This document shows positions 6,398 to 16,411 of a DNA stretch of 44,600 nt, one piece after another; position 1 is the stretch's first letter, and every line of letters begins with the position of its first letter. The notes beneath the pieces were generated by a model. The model saw nothing but the letters and a program-made list of their open reading frames with translations. It searched no databases and had not been told where the DNA came from. The DNA is taken from positions 1 through 44,600 of the forward strand of contig JBHYDO010000001.1 in NCBI GenBank assembly GCA_051860645.1, in the 5' to 3' direction. The translations under genes and the position numbers were made by a program. Origin of the DNA: Roseococcus sp. GTDB lineage: Bacteria; Pseudomonadota; Alphaproteobacteria; Acetobacterales; Acetobacteraceae.

Positions 6398-8020
6398 TCA
6401 AGCGGGCGCGCTCTCCCGCGCCAGTGCGGCCTCGATCATGGCGCAGGCCTCGTCCACCCCCATGATGGCGACGGTGCTGCCGAAGCGCGGGCCTTCGCTC
6501 TTGCCCAGCAGCACCTCGTAGAGGGCCTGGAACCAGGCGCGGCCCACGCCGAGCGAGCCGTCCTTCTTGTTCACCACCGCGAAGGGCTCGCGGCGGCCGG
6601 CGTCATAGACGGCGTTCTGGATGGCGGCCTCGCGCTCCGGGCCCGGCGGCAGGGCGGCGAATTCCGGCGCGCGTTCGCGCAGCAGCCGTACCAGTTCGCG
6701 CATCGCCGCGGCTTCCTCGGGCGTGGCGGGGCGGAAGCTGCGCTCGGGCGCGATCCAATCGCGCCAATAGGCGCAGGCGTTGTGCACCAGCCGGTCCAGC
6801 ATGGGCTCATGCTCGGGCGCGGCATCGGGGTAGTATTTGCGGATGAAGGCCCAGAGCCGCGCGGGGTCATCGGTGTTGGCGATGCCGGCCAGGTTCAGCA
6901 GCGTGGCGTAGGAGATGGGCGGCAGCTTTTCGTTGGGCGCCACGCCGCCATGGATGTGCCAGGCGGGGTTGGCGGCGTCGGGGGCCGTGCGCAGCTTCTC
7001 GACCCCTGCCATCCAGTCATCCACCGCGCGCGGGATCACGCCCTTGTGGAGGCGCTTCGCACTCCCGGGCGTGGCGAACATGAAGAAGGCGAGGCTCTCG
7101 GGCGGGCCGTATTCGAGCCATTGCTCGATGGTGAGGCCGTTGCCCTTGCTCTTGCTGATCTTTTGGCCGTGCTCGTCGTTGAACAGCTCATAGGTGAAGG
7201 TGACGGGCGGCTCGCCGCCCAGCACGCGGCAGATGGCGGAACTCAGCCGGACGCTGTCGATCAGGTCCTTGCCGGACATCTCGTAGTCCACGCCCAGCGC
7301 ATACCAGCGCAGCGCCCAGTCGGCCTTCCACTGCGCCTTGCAGGCGCCGCGGGTGACGGGCGTCTCGAAGCGCTCGCCGCTGTCGGGGTCGGTCCAAATG
7401 ATGGTGCCCGCCTCGGGCCGCGTCTCGTCCATGGGCACTTGCATCACGATGCCGCTGCGCGGATGGATGGGCAGGAAGGGCGAGTAGGTGGCCCGGCGCT
7501 CCGGGCCCAGGGTGGGCAGGATGACGGCCCGCACCTCCTCATGCAGGGCCAGCATGCGCAGCAGGGCCGCGTCGAAGGTGCCGTCCGCGTAGTAGTCGGT
7601 GGAGGAGGCGAACTCGTAGTCGAAGCCGAAGGCATCGAGGAAGGCCCGCAGCCGCGCATTGTTGTGGGCGCCGAAGCTCGGGTGGGTGCCGAAGGGGTCG
7701 GGGATGCGCGTCAGCGGCTGGCCGATGTGCCGCGCCAGCATCTCCTTGTTGGGCACGTTGTCCGGCACCTTGCGCAGCCCGTCCATGTCGTCGCTGAACG
7801 CCAGCAGGCGGGTGGGCTGGCCGGTCATGGCGGTGAAGGCGCGGCGCACCCAGGTGGTGCGCGCCACCTCGCCGAAGGTGCCGATATGCGGCAGGCCAGA
7901 GGGGCCATAGCCGGTCTGCAGCAGCGCCTTCGCCTTCCCCGAGGCCGCCAGCCTATCGGCGAGCTTCGCCGCCTCCTCGAAGGGCCAGGCGCGGACGGAA
8001 CGGAGGGCAGGGTCGGGCAT
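6398..8020 (-). CDS. lysS: Lysine--tRNA ligase, class I
   Basis: 'TGYGPSGLPHIGTFGEV' (HIGH), 'KISKSKGN' (KMSKS), 'YEMSGKDL' and 'GPRFG'. Start reassigned to ATG 8020. Confidence 0.95.
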   Translation of the reverse strand: MPDPALRSVRAWPFEEAAKLADRLAASGKAKALLQTGYGPSGLPHIGTFGEVARTTWVRRAFTAMTGQPTRLLAFSDDMDGLRKVPDNVPNKEMLARHIGQPLTRIPDPFGTHPSFGAHNNARLRAFLDAFGFDYEFASSTDYYADGTFDAALLRMLALHEEVRAVILPTLGPERRATYSPFLPIHPRSGIVMQVPMDETRPEAGTIIWTDPDSGERFETPVTRGACKAQWKADWALRWYALGVDYEMSGKDLIDSVRLSSAICRVLGGEPPVTFTYELFNDEHGQKISKSKGNGLTIEQWLEYGPPESLAFFMFATPGSAKRLHKGVIPRAVDDWMAGVEKLRTAPDAANPAWHIHGGVAPNEKLPPISYATLLNLAGIANTDDPARLWAFIRKYYPDAAPEHEPMLDRLVHNACAYWRDWIAPERSFRPATPEEAAAMRELVRLLRERAPEFAALPPGPEREAAIQNAVYDAGRREPFAVVNKKDGSLGVGRAWFQALYEVLLGKSEGPRFGSTVAIMGVDEACAMIEAALARESAPA

Positions 8021-8187
8021 GGGTGTTGGGATGGCAGGGGGCGGGCCTGGGGTCAATGTGCCGTGGGCGGCGTTTGCACAATCCCGCGCCACCATTGCCA
8101 AGAAGGGGCGCATCGGTGGAATGCAGGCCCTGGATGCCCCGATGGCGCCCCCTGGCGCGCGACGGCGCGGGGGCTGAAACAGGGCGG

Positions 8188-8388
8188 ATGTCCACCTTCG
8201 ACCCTGCAGCCTATGCCCGCCATGCCGCCGCCGCCGTGGGGCTGCCCCTGCACGAGCGGCATCTGCCCGGCGTGGTGATGAACCTGGCCCTGGCCGCGCG
8301 GATGGCCGGGATGTTGGCGCAGATGCCCCTCACCCCGACCGACGAGGCCGCGCCGGTCTTCGTCGCGGGCCGGAGCCTGCCGAAATGA
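8188..8388 (+). CDS. AtzG/HpxX-like (DUF4089) small amidase accessory subunit
   Basis: 66 aa with 'AAAVGLPL....PGV..NL.....MA......PL....E.APVF'; overlaps the amidase start codon. Confidence 0.75.
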   Translation: MSTFDPAAYARHAAAAVGLPLHERHLPGVVMNLALAARMAGMLAQMPLTPTDEAAPVFVAGRSLPK

Positions 8389-9764
8389 GCGCCGCGGCCC
8401 TGGCCGCCGAGGTCCGCGCCGGGCGCCGCCGCGCGGTGGAGGTGCTGGAAGCCCACCTGGCCGACATCGCCGCCCGCAACCCGCGCTACAACGCCTTTAC
8501 CGACGTCACCGCCGCCCGCGCCCGCGCCGAGGCGGCCGCGGTGGACGCTGCTGTGGCCGCTGGCCAGGACCCCGGCCTCTTGGCCGGCGTGCCCGTCGCC
8601 GTGAAGAACCTGTTCGACCTGCAAGGGTTGGTCACCCTGGCCGGTGCCAGGATCGAGCGCGACAGCCCGCCCGCCGCGGCCGATGCCTTCCTGGTTCAGC
8701 GCCTGACCGCGGCCGGCGCCGTCATGGTCGGCGCGCTGAACATGGACGAATATGCCTATGGCTTCACCACCGAGAACGCGCATTTCGGCCCCTGCCACAA
8801 CCCGCACGACCTGACGCGCATCGCCGGCGGCTCCTCGGGCGGGAGTGCCGTGGCGGTGGCGGGCGGGCTGGTGCCGATCACGCTTGGCAGCGACACCAAT
8901 GGTTCCATCCGCGTGCCGGCCTCGCTCTGCGGCATCTGGGGCCTGAAGCCGACCTATGGGCGGCTCTCGCGGCGCGGCGCCTTTCTTTTCGTGGGCGGGC
9001 TGGACCATCTCGGGCCGTTCGCCCGCGACGTGGCGGACCTCGCTTTGGCCTATAACGCCTTGCAGGGCGACGATCCGCTGGACCACGCCCAGCAATGGCG
9101 GGGTGAGGAGCCTGTTTCGCTGGAGGGCGGCACGGAGGGGCTGCGCATCGCGGTGCTGGACGACCACTTCGCCCGCAACGGCCACCCCGAAGCCTTCGCG
9201 GCCGTTGCCAGCGTGGCGCAGGCGCTGGGCGCCACCCGCCGCGTCACCCTGCCCGATGCGGCCATCGGCCGCGCGGCCGCCTTCCTCATCACCATGGCGG
9301 AGGGGGCGAACCTCCACCTGCCCAACCTCCGTAACCGCCCCGATGACTTCGACCCCAGCACGCGCGACCGTTTCCTGGCCGGCGCCCTGCTGCCTGCAAC
9401 CTGGGTGCAGCAGGCCCAGCGCGTCCGCGTCGCCTACCGGGCGCGCGCCCTGGCGCTGTTCGAGGAGGTGGACATCCTGATTGCCCCCGCCACTCCCTAT
9501 GTGGCGCCGCCCATCGGGCAGGAGATGATCGAGGTGGATGGGCAGACCATCCCGGTGCGGCCCAACCTTGGCGTCTACACCCAGCCCATCTCCTGCATCG
9601 GCCTGCCGGTGATCGCGGCCCCGGTGGCAGGCATGGCGAAGCCGGGCGGCATGCCCATCGGCGTGCAGTTGATCGCGGCCCCCTGGGCGGAGGACAAGCT
9701 GTTCCGCCTCGCGGCGCATCTGGAACGCGTCGGCGCCTGCGCCGCCCCCCTGCCGAGGAATTGA
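8385..9764 (+). CDS. AtzE/HpxY-family amidase (amidase signature)
   Basis: 'PVAVKNLFD', 'LNMDEYAYGFTTEN', 'GGSSGGS' and 'LGSDTNGSIRVPA'; flanked by atzG- and atzH-like genes. Confidence 0.9.
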   Translation: MSAAALAAEVRAGRRRAVEVLEAHLADIAARNPRYNAFTDVTAARARAEAAAVDAAVAAGQDPGLLAGVPVAVKNLFDLQGLVTLAGARIERDSPPAAADAFLVQRLTAAGAVMVGALNMDEYAYGFTTENAHFGPCHNPHDLTRIAGGSSGGSAVAVAGGLVPITLGSDTNGSIRVPASLCGIWGLKPTYGRLSRRGAFLFVGGLDHLGPFARDVADLALAYNALQGDDPLDHAQQWRGEEPVSLEGGTEGLRIAVLDDHFARNGHPEAFAAVASVAQALGATRRVTLPDAAIGRAAAFLITMAEGANLHLPNLRNRPDDFDPSTRDRFLAGALLPATWVQQAQRVRVAYRARALALFEEVDILIAPATPYVAPPIGQEMIEVDGQTIPVRPNLGVYTQPISCIGLPVIAAPVAGMAKPGGMPIGVQLIAAPWAEDKLFRLAAHLERVGACAAPLPRN

Positions 9765-9767
9765 GCC

Positions 9768-10154
9768 ATGCAAGAGATCAACAACCCCGAGGCGCTGGCC
9801 GAACTCACCGCCGCCTTCATGCGCTACGAAGCGGCACTCACGACCAATGACGTGGCCGTGCTGGACGAACTCTTCTGGGTGAGCGAGCACACGGTGCGCT
9901 ACGGCGCAGGCGAGAACCTGCACGGATACGAGGAAATCGCGGCCTTCCGCGCCGGGCGCCCGGGCCCCTTCGGCCGCGACCTGCTGCGCACGGTCATCAC
10001 GACCCATGGCCGCGACTTCGGCACCGCCAACACCACCTTCCGCCGCCATGGCAGCGACCAGGTGGGCCGACAGTCGCAGACCTGGGTGCGGAGGCCCGAG
10101 GGGTGGCGGGTGGTGGCGGCGCATGTCTCGCTGCTGCCGCCCGGCGTGGGGTGA
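9768..10154 (+). CDS. hpxZ: AtzH/HpxZ-like (DUF3225) protein
   Basis: 'YEAAL..NDV.VLDELFW....TVRYG.GENL.G', 'GRQSQTW' and 'WRVVAAHVS'. Confidence 0.85.
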   Translation: MQEINNPEALAELTAAFMRYEAALTTNDVAVLDELFWVSEHTVRYGAGENLHGYEEIAAFRAGRPGPFGRDLLRTVITTHGRDFGTANTTFRRHGSDQVGRQSQTWVRRPEGWRVVAAHVSLLPPGVG

Positions 10155-10251
10155 GGCCCTGGCTGGCGGAAGTGTAACGCACCCTGGCATCCGCCCCGCC
10201 GCCGCCCAATTTCCCCCGCAGGCTGGCCCACGCCAGCGACGGGAGAACATC

Positions 10252-10788
10252 ATGGGCAAGAAGGGCATCGCGGCCTGCGCTTTTGCCGCATTGGGTCTGG
10301 GGGCGTGCGCCATTCCGCCTCCCAGCGGGCCGACCATCACGGCGCTGCCACCAGGAGGCAAGGATTTCGCGCAGTTCCAGCGCGAGGACGTCTTCTGCCA
10401 GCAGACGGCCTTCCAGGGCATTGGCGGCGGCACGCCTCAGCTTGCCGCCAACCAGGCGGCGGTAGGCTCGGCGGTGCTGGGCACAGCGCTGGGCGCCACG
10501 GCCGGGGCGCTGCTGGGGGCTGCCAGCGGCAATGCCGGGGCGGGTGCCGCGGTGGGCGCGGGCGTGGGGCTGCTGGGTGGCAGCGCCGTCGGCGCCAACC
10601 AGGCGCAAATGGGCGGCATGGGGCTGCAGCGCCGCTATGACGTGGTCTATGCACAATGCATGGCGTCCTACGGCAACACCATCCAGGAACCGCGCACGGT
10701 GGTGACCGTGGTCGAGCAGCCCTACTATTACGCCCCGCGTCCGCGCTGGCGCGGCCATTACTATGGAGGCCGCGGCTGGGTCTGGTGA
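10252..10788 (+). CDS. Glycine-zipper lipoprotein
   Basis: Lipobox LGAC; GxxxG repeats; 'LQRRYD..YAQCM...GN'; SD GGGAGA. Confidence 0.8.
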   Translation: MGKKGIAACAFAALGLGACAIPPPSGPTITALPPGGKDFAQFQREDVFCQQTAFQGIGGGTPQLAANQAAVGSAVLGTALGATAGALLGAASGNAGAGAAVGAGVGLLGGSAVGANQAQMGGMGLQRRYDVVYAQCMASYGNTIQEPRTVVTVVEQPYYYAPRPRWRGHYYGGRGWVW

Positions 10789-10934
10789 GCGCGGGCCACC
10801 CTTGCGCGCGGGCGGGCGCAAAGGTCGAACGCCTCGACGCACCGCGCCTTGCCGCCGGACGGCAAGACCGTGAATCACGCGACATGACAGAGGGATAGAC
10901 CATGGCCGGCGCTCCGGTCAGCGCCGATGATGGG

Positions 10935-12153
10935 CTAGCCGCGAACGAGACGCATGGCGAAGAATCCGTCCATGCCGCCCGGAAATCCCTGATCCGGGCG
11001 GGTGCGCAGCGCCCCCTGGGGGGTGATGCAGCCCTCCAGCCCCGGCAGTTCCTCGGGGCGAATGGCATCGAGGCGCATCCCCTCGGGCAGCTGCGCCAGA
11101 TGCGCCTCGCCCTCCTCGGCCTGGAGCGAGCAGGTGGCGAAGACCAGCCGCCCGCCCGGCTTCAGCAGTTTGCAGGCGGCGTGCAGCAGGCGTCTCTGGT
11201 CGCTGGCCAGCTTGGCCACATCCTTGGGCCGGCGCAGATGCGGCACGTCCGGGTGGCGACGGATGGTGCCGGTGGCGGTGCAGGGGGCGTCCAGCAGGAT
11301 GGCGTCCAGCGCCTCGGGGGGCTGCCAGCGGGCCACGTCCTCGCAGACCAGTTCGGGAGCGAGGTTCAGGCGCAGCATGTTCTCGCGCAGGCGGGTCATG
11401 CGGGCGCTGTCGCGCTCCACCGCCACCACCCGGGCGCCGGTGAGCGCCAGTTGCGCGGTCTTGCCGCCCGGGGCGGCGCAGAGATCGGCCACGTATTCGC
11501 CCGGGCGGGCGGCCAGCAGGCGCGCAGGCAGCGCGGCCGCGGCGTCCTGCGCCCAGAAAACCGGGCAGTTCGGTGATGCGCGTGCCGGCGGGCAGGCGCG
11601 CGGTGCCGGTGGAAAGCCGGATGGCGCCCTCGGGCAGCGCGGCGCCGGGGCGCAGGCTGAGGTCGAGGGGCGCTTCTTCGCGATGGGCGGCGGCTATGGC
11701 GCGCACGCCCTCGCCATAGGCGGCGTGCCACGCGGACCAGAGCCAGGCGGGGTTGTCCAGCCGCTCGGCGTCCACGCCGTCCAGCGCGGCGGGGCCGGCC
11801 TCGGCCAGGCGGCGCAGCACGGCATTGACCAGCCCGGCCAGCGGGCGCGGCGCCAACGAGACGGCCGAGGCCACGGCGGCGTGTGGCGGCGTGCCCAGCA
11901 ATAGCAGTTCAGCGGCGCCGATCCGCAGCGCACGCAAGGCGGGCGCGGGCGGCGCGCGGCGCAGCCAGGGTTCCATGGCCGCGTCCAGGCTGCCCAGGCG
12001 GCGCAGCACGGCGGCGGCGATGCGGTGCCCGGCCGCCTTGTCGCGCGGTTCCATGGCGGGGACGGTGTCCAGCGCCTCTTCCAGGGAGCGCTGCGCCTCC
12101 AGCACGGTTTCGAGCAGGTGGGCGGCGGCGCGGCGGGCGGGCGATGCGGACAT
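10935..12153 (-). pseudogene. rsmB: RsmB/NOP-family (Sun-like) SAM-dependent rRNA methyltransferase, frameshifted near 11556
   Basis: A NusB-like N-terminus is in one frame; 'WAQDAAA', 'DLCAAPGGKT', 'LDAPC..TGT.RRHPD' and 'ATCSL..EEGE' are in another. The frame switches at GGT TTT C TGG. Confidence 0.8.
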
Positions 12154-12200
12154 GGCCGGTTTATGGCCCCCTGGCCTGCCCTGTGCTAGACGCCGCGCCC

Positions 12201-12815
12201 ATGATGGACATGATCACCGAATGGGTCGCCGCCGGCGGGTATCTGGGCGTATTCGCCCTGATGTTCCTGGAGAACCTGTTTCCCCCGATCCCTTCGGAGC
12301 TCATCATGCCCTTCGCGGGCTTCGCCGCCGCGCGCGGCGAGTTGTCGCTGTCCGGCGTGGTATTGGCGGGCGTCGCAGGCACCATCGTCGGCAATGCCGT
12401 GTGGTTCGAGGGCGCCCGTGCCTTTGGCGCCGAGCGCACCAAGCGGCTCTGCGCCCGCTTCGGCGGGTATGTCGGCGTGAAGCGCGAGGACCTGGACGCG
12501 GCCGAGGTGGCGCTGCGCCGCTGGGGCCCGATGGCGGTGTTCCTGGGCCGCATGATGCCGGGCATCCGCACCGTCATCTCCATCCCGGCGGGGCTGATCG
12601 AGATGCCGCGGCTGACGTTCTACGCCTGGACCATGGCAGGCACCTTCCTCTGGGTCGGGGGCCTGGCCCTGCTCGGCTTCATGCTGGAGGACGCCTACAC
12701 GCAGATCGAGCAATCCATCGGCGGGGCAGGCAAGATCTTCGTGGTGGTCGCGGCGGTGCTGGTGCTGGCCTACGGGTTCTACGCCTGGCGGAAGCGGGCG
12801 CGCGCCCCGCGCTGA
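12201..12815 (+). CDS. dedA: DedA family membrane protein
   Basis: 'ENLFPPIPSELIMPFAGF' and 'GRMMPGIRTVISIPAG'. Confidence 0.9.
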   Translation: MMDMITEWVAAGGYLGVFALMFLENLFPPIPSELIMPFAGFAAARGELSLSGVVLAGVAGTIVGNAVWFEGARAFGAERTKRLCARFGGYVGVKREDLDAAEVALRRWGPMAVFLGRMMPGIRTVISIPAGLIEMPRLTFYAWTMAGTFLWVGGLALLGFMLEDAYTQIEQSIGGAGKIFVVVAAVLVLAYGFYAWRKRARAPR

Positions 12816-12886
12816 GGCCGGCGCCAGGCTTTTGTTTAATCGCGTGATTCACGCCTCCGGGCGTACCGCCCTCCGGCGATCAGGCT

Positions 12887-13780
12887 CTATGCCGGCCGGC
12901 GCAGCAGCGCCACCACGACGGTGAGGCCGGCCAGCGTGCCGATCAGCCCCGCCGCGCTGAGGGCGAAGTTCATGCCGAGCGCCGCCGGCAGCGTGCCCGC
13001 CAGCAGAACGCCGGCGGCGCCCACGCCCGCCCCAAGCGCCGCGCCGCCCCAAACCTGGACCGCGTAGCGGTCGGTCATCAGCCGGAGCGCCACGGCGGGG
13101 CAGACCAGCAGGGCGATGACCAGGATGCTGCCCACCGCCTCGAAGGCGGCCACGGCGGCGGCGGCGATCATGAGGTTCAGCAGCATCTCCCAGCGGCCCA
13201 TCCGCAACCCCACGCTGCGGGCGAAGTCGGGGTCGAAGCACAGCAGCTTCAGCGGCCGCCAGAAGGCCAGCACGAAGGCCGCGGCCGCCAGCGCCACACT
13301 CGCGAGCAGCCCCAGCTGCCGCGGCAGCCCCGCCAACGCCGCAGGGTCAAGCAGGGAAGCAAGACCCGTCGCCTCCAGCCAGACCAGGGTTTCCAGCTGG
13401 CCGAACAGCACGCAGTCGATGTCGATGTCGGCGTTGCGGGCGCCCGTCACCTCCAGCAGCACGAGGCCCAGTGCGAAGAATGCGGTGAACACCAGGCCCG
13501 TGGCCGCGCCCGCCTCCATCCGCGCCGCCCGACGGATCCAGCTGATGGCGATGGTGGCCAGCAGCGCCGCGCCCAGCGCGCCCAGCAGCATGGGCACCGC
13601 GCTGCGCAGCCCGGTCAGCGCGAAGCCGGCCACGATGCCCGGCAGCACGGCGTGGGAGAGCGCGTCACCCAACAGGCTTTCGCGTCGCAACACCAGGAAG
13701 CTGCCCAGCAGGCCGCAGGTGCCCCCGGCCAGCATGGCGGCCAGCATGGGGGAGAAGTCCAGGCGAAGGAAATCCATCAT
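12887..13780 (-). CDS. Mn/Zn/Fe ABC transporter permease (TroD-like)
   Basis: 'LGSFLVLRRESLLGDALSHAVLPG', 'DIDIDCVLFG' and 'AFEAVGSILV'. Confidence 0.9.
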   Translation of the reverse strand: MMDFLRLDFSPMLAAMLAGGTCGLLGSFLVLRRESLLGDALSHAVLPGIVAGFALTGLRSAVPMLLGALGAALLATIAISWIRRAARMEAGAATGLVFTAFFALGLVLLEVTGARNADIDIDCVLFGQLETLVWLEATGLASLLDPAALAGLPRQLGLLASVALAAAAFVLAFWRPLKLLCFDPDFARSVGLRMGRWEMLLNLMIAAAAVAAFEAVGSILVIALLVCPAVALRLMTDRYAVQVWGGAALGAGVGAAGVLLAGTLPAALGMNFALSAAGLIGTLAGLTVVVALLRRPA

Positions 13781-14616
13781 GCGCGGCGCAGCCGTGACAG
13801 GCCGAGGGCTGCCGCAAACACCGTGACGCCGGCCAGCACCACCGCCGCCCCAGTCGGGATGCTGGAAAACCGGGTGGAGACCAGCGCGCCCACCGCGCCC
13901 GCGATGGCGCCGAAGGCCGCGGCCAGGCCGAGCATGGCGGGCAGCCGCGGCGCCAGCAGCCGCGCCGAGGCCGCCGGCACCACCAGCAGCGCCACCACCA
14001 GCACCAGCCCCACCGCCGGCAGGCCGGCCACGCAGACGGCCAGCAGCAGGCCAAGCAGGGTCAGGTCCAGCGCGCGCACCGGCAGGCCCTGGCTGCGGGC
14101 GAAGGCCTCGTCGAAGCAGAGCGCCCGCAGCGGCTGGAACAGCGCCACCGCGACGGCGACGCAGCCCAGCGCCAGCGTGCCGGCCAGCAGGGCGTCGTTC
14201 TCGGTAAGCGTCGCCGCCTGCCCCAGGATGAAGTTGGACAACCCCGCCTGGGCGACGCCCGGCAGGGTCTGCGCGATGGACAGCCCCACCGTGCCCAGGG
14301 CGTAGAAGGCCGAGAGCACCACCGCGATGCCCGCATCGGGCCGGATGCGGCCGGAGGCGGTCAGCCGCCGCAGCGCCAGCAGGCCAAGCCACCCCGTCAG
14401 CGCGCCGCCCAGCAGCAGCGGTGCCAGCGCCCGGCTGTCACCGCCCAGCAGCGCCACGATCATGGCCGCCAGCACCACGCCGGGCAGCGCCGAATGGCCG
14501 ATGGCGTCTGCCAGCAGGGCGCGGCCGCGCAGCAGGGCAAAGCTGCCCACCACGCCCGCCGCCACGCCGAGCGCGGCGCAGCCCAGCAGGACGACAAGGG
14601 TGTTGTGGCCGATCAC
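13777..14616 (-). CDS. Mn/Zn/Fe ABC transporter permease (TroC-like)
   Basis: 'GSFALLRGRALLADAIGHSALPG'; ABC-3 family hydrophobic pattern. Confidence 0.9.
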   Translation of the reverse strand: MIGHNTLVVLLGCAALGVAAGVVGSFALLRGRALLADAIGHSALPGVVLAAMIVALLGGDSRALAPLLLGGALTGWLGLLALRRLTASGRIRPDAGIAVVLSAFYALGTVGLSIAQTLPGVAQAGLSNFILGQAATLTENDALLAGTLALGCVAVAVALFQPLRALCFDEAFARSQGLPVRALDLTLLGLLLAVCVAGLPAVGLVLVVALLVVPAASARLLAPRLPAMLGLAAAFGAIAGAVGALVSTRFSSIPTGAAVVLAGVTVFAAALGLSRLRRA

Positions 14617-15353
14617 GCCAGGACCTCGGCCGGCGCGCGGCCAGGCAGGCCGCCGAAGGCGCGGGCGATGGAGATGTCGGTGAAGGCCTCGCGCACCGGG
14701 CCGGAGGCGACGACGCGGCCGGCCAGGATCAACACCTCGTCGAAATGTGCCTGCACCAGGGAAAGGTCATGATGGACCATCAGCACCGACTTTCCGGCCC
14801 GGACCAGGCCGTGCAGCACGTCCAGGATGGTCTGCTCGGTCACGGCGTCCACGGCCGCGAGGGGTTCGTCCATCAGGAAGAGGTCGGCTTCCTGCGCCAG
14901 GGCGCGGGCGAGGAAGACGCGCTGCTGCTGCCCGCCGGAGAGACGGCCGATCTGCCGGTCGGCGAAGTCGGCCATGCCGACGGCGTCCAGCGCGGCGCGC
15001 GCCGCCTCGCGCTCGGCGCGGGGCAGGCGGCCGAACCAGCGGGTTCGCGGCAGGCGCGCCATGGCCACCACATCCAGCGCGCTGGCCGGGAAGTCCCAGT
15101 CGACGCTGGCACGCTGGGGCAGGTAGGCCAGGCGCGGCCGCGCCTCCGCCAGGGGTTGCCCGAAGAAGCGCACCTCCCCGCCCGCCAACGGGATCAGCCC
15201 CAGCACGGCCTTGAGCAGGGTGGATTTCCCCGCCCCGTTCGGCCCCAGGATGGCGGTGAGGCCGGGTGCCGCGGCCCAGGTCACGCCGGTCAGGGCCGGC
15301 CGTTCGCCGTAGAGGACGTCGAGGCCCCGGATGTCGAGCGGTGGGGCGTTCAC
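14613..15353 (-). CDS. Metal ABC transporter ATP-binding protein (TroB-like)
   Basis: Walker A GPNGAGKS, 'YLPQRASVDWDFP', LSGGQQQR and MDEP. Confidence 0.95.
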   Translation of the reverse strand: MNAPPLDIRGLDVLYGERPALTGVTWAAAPGLTAILGPNGAGKSTLLKAVLGLIPLAGGEVRFFGQPLAEARPRLAYLPQRASVDWDFPASALDVVAMARLPRTRWFGRLPRAEREAARAALDAVGMADFADRQIGRLSGGQQQRVFLARALAQEADLFLMDEPLAAVDAVTEQTILDVLHGLVRAGKSVLMVHHDLSLVQAHFDEVLILAGRVVASGPVREAFTDISIARAFGGLPGRAPAEVLA

Positions 15354-16312
15354 AGGCGGTTGTTCAGCCCGCGCGCCGGCGGGTTGCCGCCCAGCGCGCG
15401 CGCGATCGTGGTGCTGTTGTGGTCCATCATGCCCTCATAGGTGCCGGTATAGGTGCCGGGGCGTCCCATCGAGTCGGAGTACAAAACGCCGCCCATGGCA
15501 AGCCGCTGCCCGCGCGCGCCCGCGCCCTCGATCAGGGCGCGCACCGCGCGGTCCGGCACGGAGGATTCCGCGAAGACGGCGGGGATGCGCCGCTCCACGA
15601 TCAGCGTCACCATGGCCTCGATGTTGGCCAGGCTGGCCTCGGCCTCGGTGGAGAGGCCCTGGATGCTCTCGACCTGCAGGTCGTAGCGCGCACCGAAGTA
15701 GGAGAAGGCGTCATGCGCCGTCAGCAGCACGCGGGAGGTGGCGGGGATGGGGGCCAGCACCTCGCGCGCATAGGCGTCTATCCGAGCGAAGCGCAGGCGC
15801 GTGGCCTCGACGCCGCGGCGGAAATCCTCCCGGGGGAGCAGGCGGGCCAGCGTGGTTGCGACGGCTGGGGCGCAGTCGGCCCAGAGCGTCGGGTCCATCC
15901 AGACATGCGGGTCGGCAGCGTCAGGGTAGTCCTCGTTGGGGCGGAGGCGCTCGCGGGGCAGGGTCTCGGCCACGGCCAGCACGGGGCGGCCCTGGGCGCC
16001 GGCGCGTTCCAGCACCTCGTTCATGCGGCCTTCCAGGCGGTGGCCGGTGTAGAAGACCGCATCCGCGCGCAGCAGGCGGGCCACGTCATTGCGGGTGGGG
16101 CGGAACAAATGCGGGTCCACGCCCTCGCCGATCAACGTCTCGACGGTGACCGCCTCGCCGGCGACGCCGCGCACGAGGTCGGCCACCATGCCGGTGGTGG
16201 CGAGCGCCACGGGCCGTGCGGCGCGCTGCGCCCGTGCCGGGGCCGCGAGGGCGGTGGTGGCGAGGGACGCAGCAAGGACCGCGCGGCGCCCAATAGCTGC
16301 ATAGCTGTTCAT
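15350..16312 (-). CDS. Metal ABC transporter substrate-binding protein (TroA-like), Tat-like signal
   Basis: Metal ligands in 'DPHLF', 'DPHVWMDP', 'TAHDAF' and 'LYSDS'; N-terminal 'GRRAVL'. Confidence 0.92.
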   Translation of the reverse strand: MNSYAAIGRRAVLAASLATTALAAPARAQRAARPVALATTGMVADLVRGVAGEAVTVETLIGEGVDPHLFRPTRNDVARLLRADAVFYTGHRLEGRMNEVLERAGAQGRPVLAVAETLPRERLRPNEDYPDAADPHVWMDPTLWADCAPAVATTLARLLPREDFRRGVEATRLRFARIDAYAREVLAPIPATSRVLLTAHDAFSYFGARYDLQVESIQGLSTEAEASLANIEAMVTLIVERRIPAVFAESSVPDRAVRALIEGAGARGQRLAMGGVLYSDSMGRPGTYTGTYEGMMDHNSTTIARALGGNPPARGLNNRL

Positions 16313-16315
16313 GTC
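16292..16315 (-). promoter_or_regulatory. SmtB/ArsR-type operator overlapping the substrate-binding protein start codon
   Basis: Minus strand GACATGAACAGCTATGCAGCTATT is close to the SmtB/CzrA-type imperfect inverted repeat (TGAA-N6-TTCA core, here TGAA-N6-TGCA). AT-rich and next to a divergent ArsR gene. Confidence 0.6.
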
Positions 16316-16411
16316 TTCATTTCTCCTTTTAAAATCAAGCCATTAGCCGTTGATGTTGCGTGTGGCTCGGGAAACGTCAAGGCTGGGGTCGCGTTGGAGG
16401 CGTGGACCGGG

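Noticed and set aside
8188-10154. Xenobiotic (atrazine/cyanuric acid) degradation island
   Set aside because: No atzD or atzF-like genes or mobility genes are present. AtzG/E/H-like trios are common chromosomal nitrogen-catabolism genes.
11545-11570. Programmed ribosomal frameshift in rsmB
   Set aside because: There is no convincing slippery heptamer and conserved residues are missing, which fits a deletion or sequencing error.
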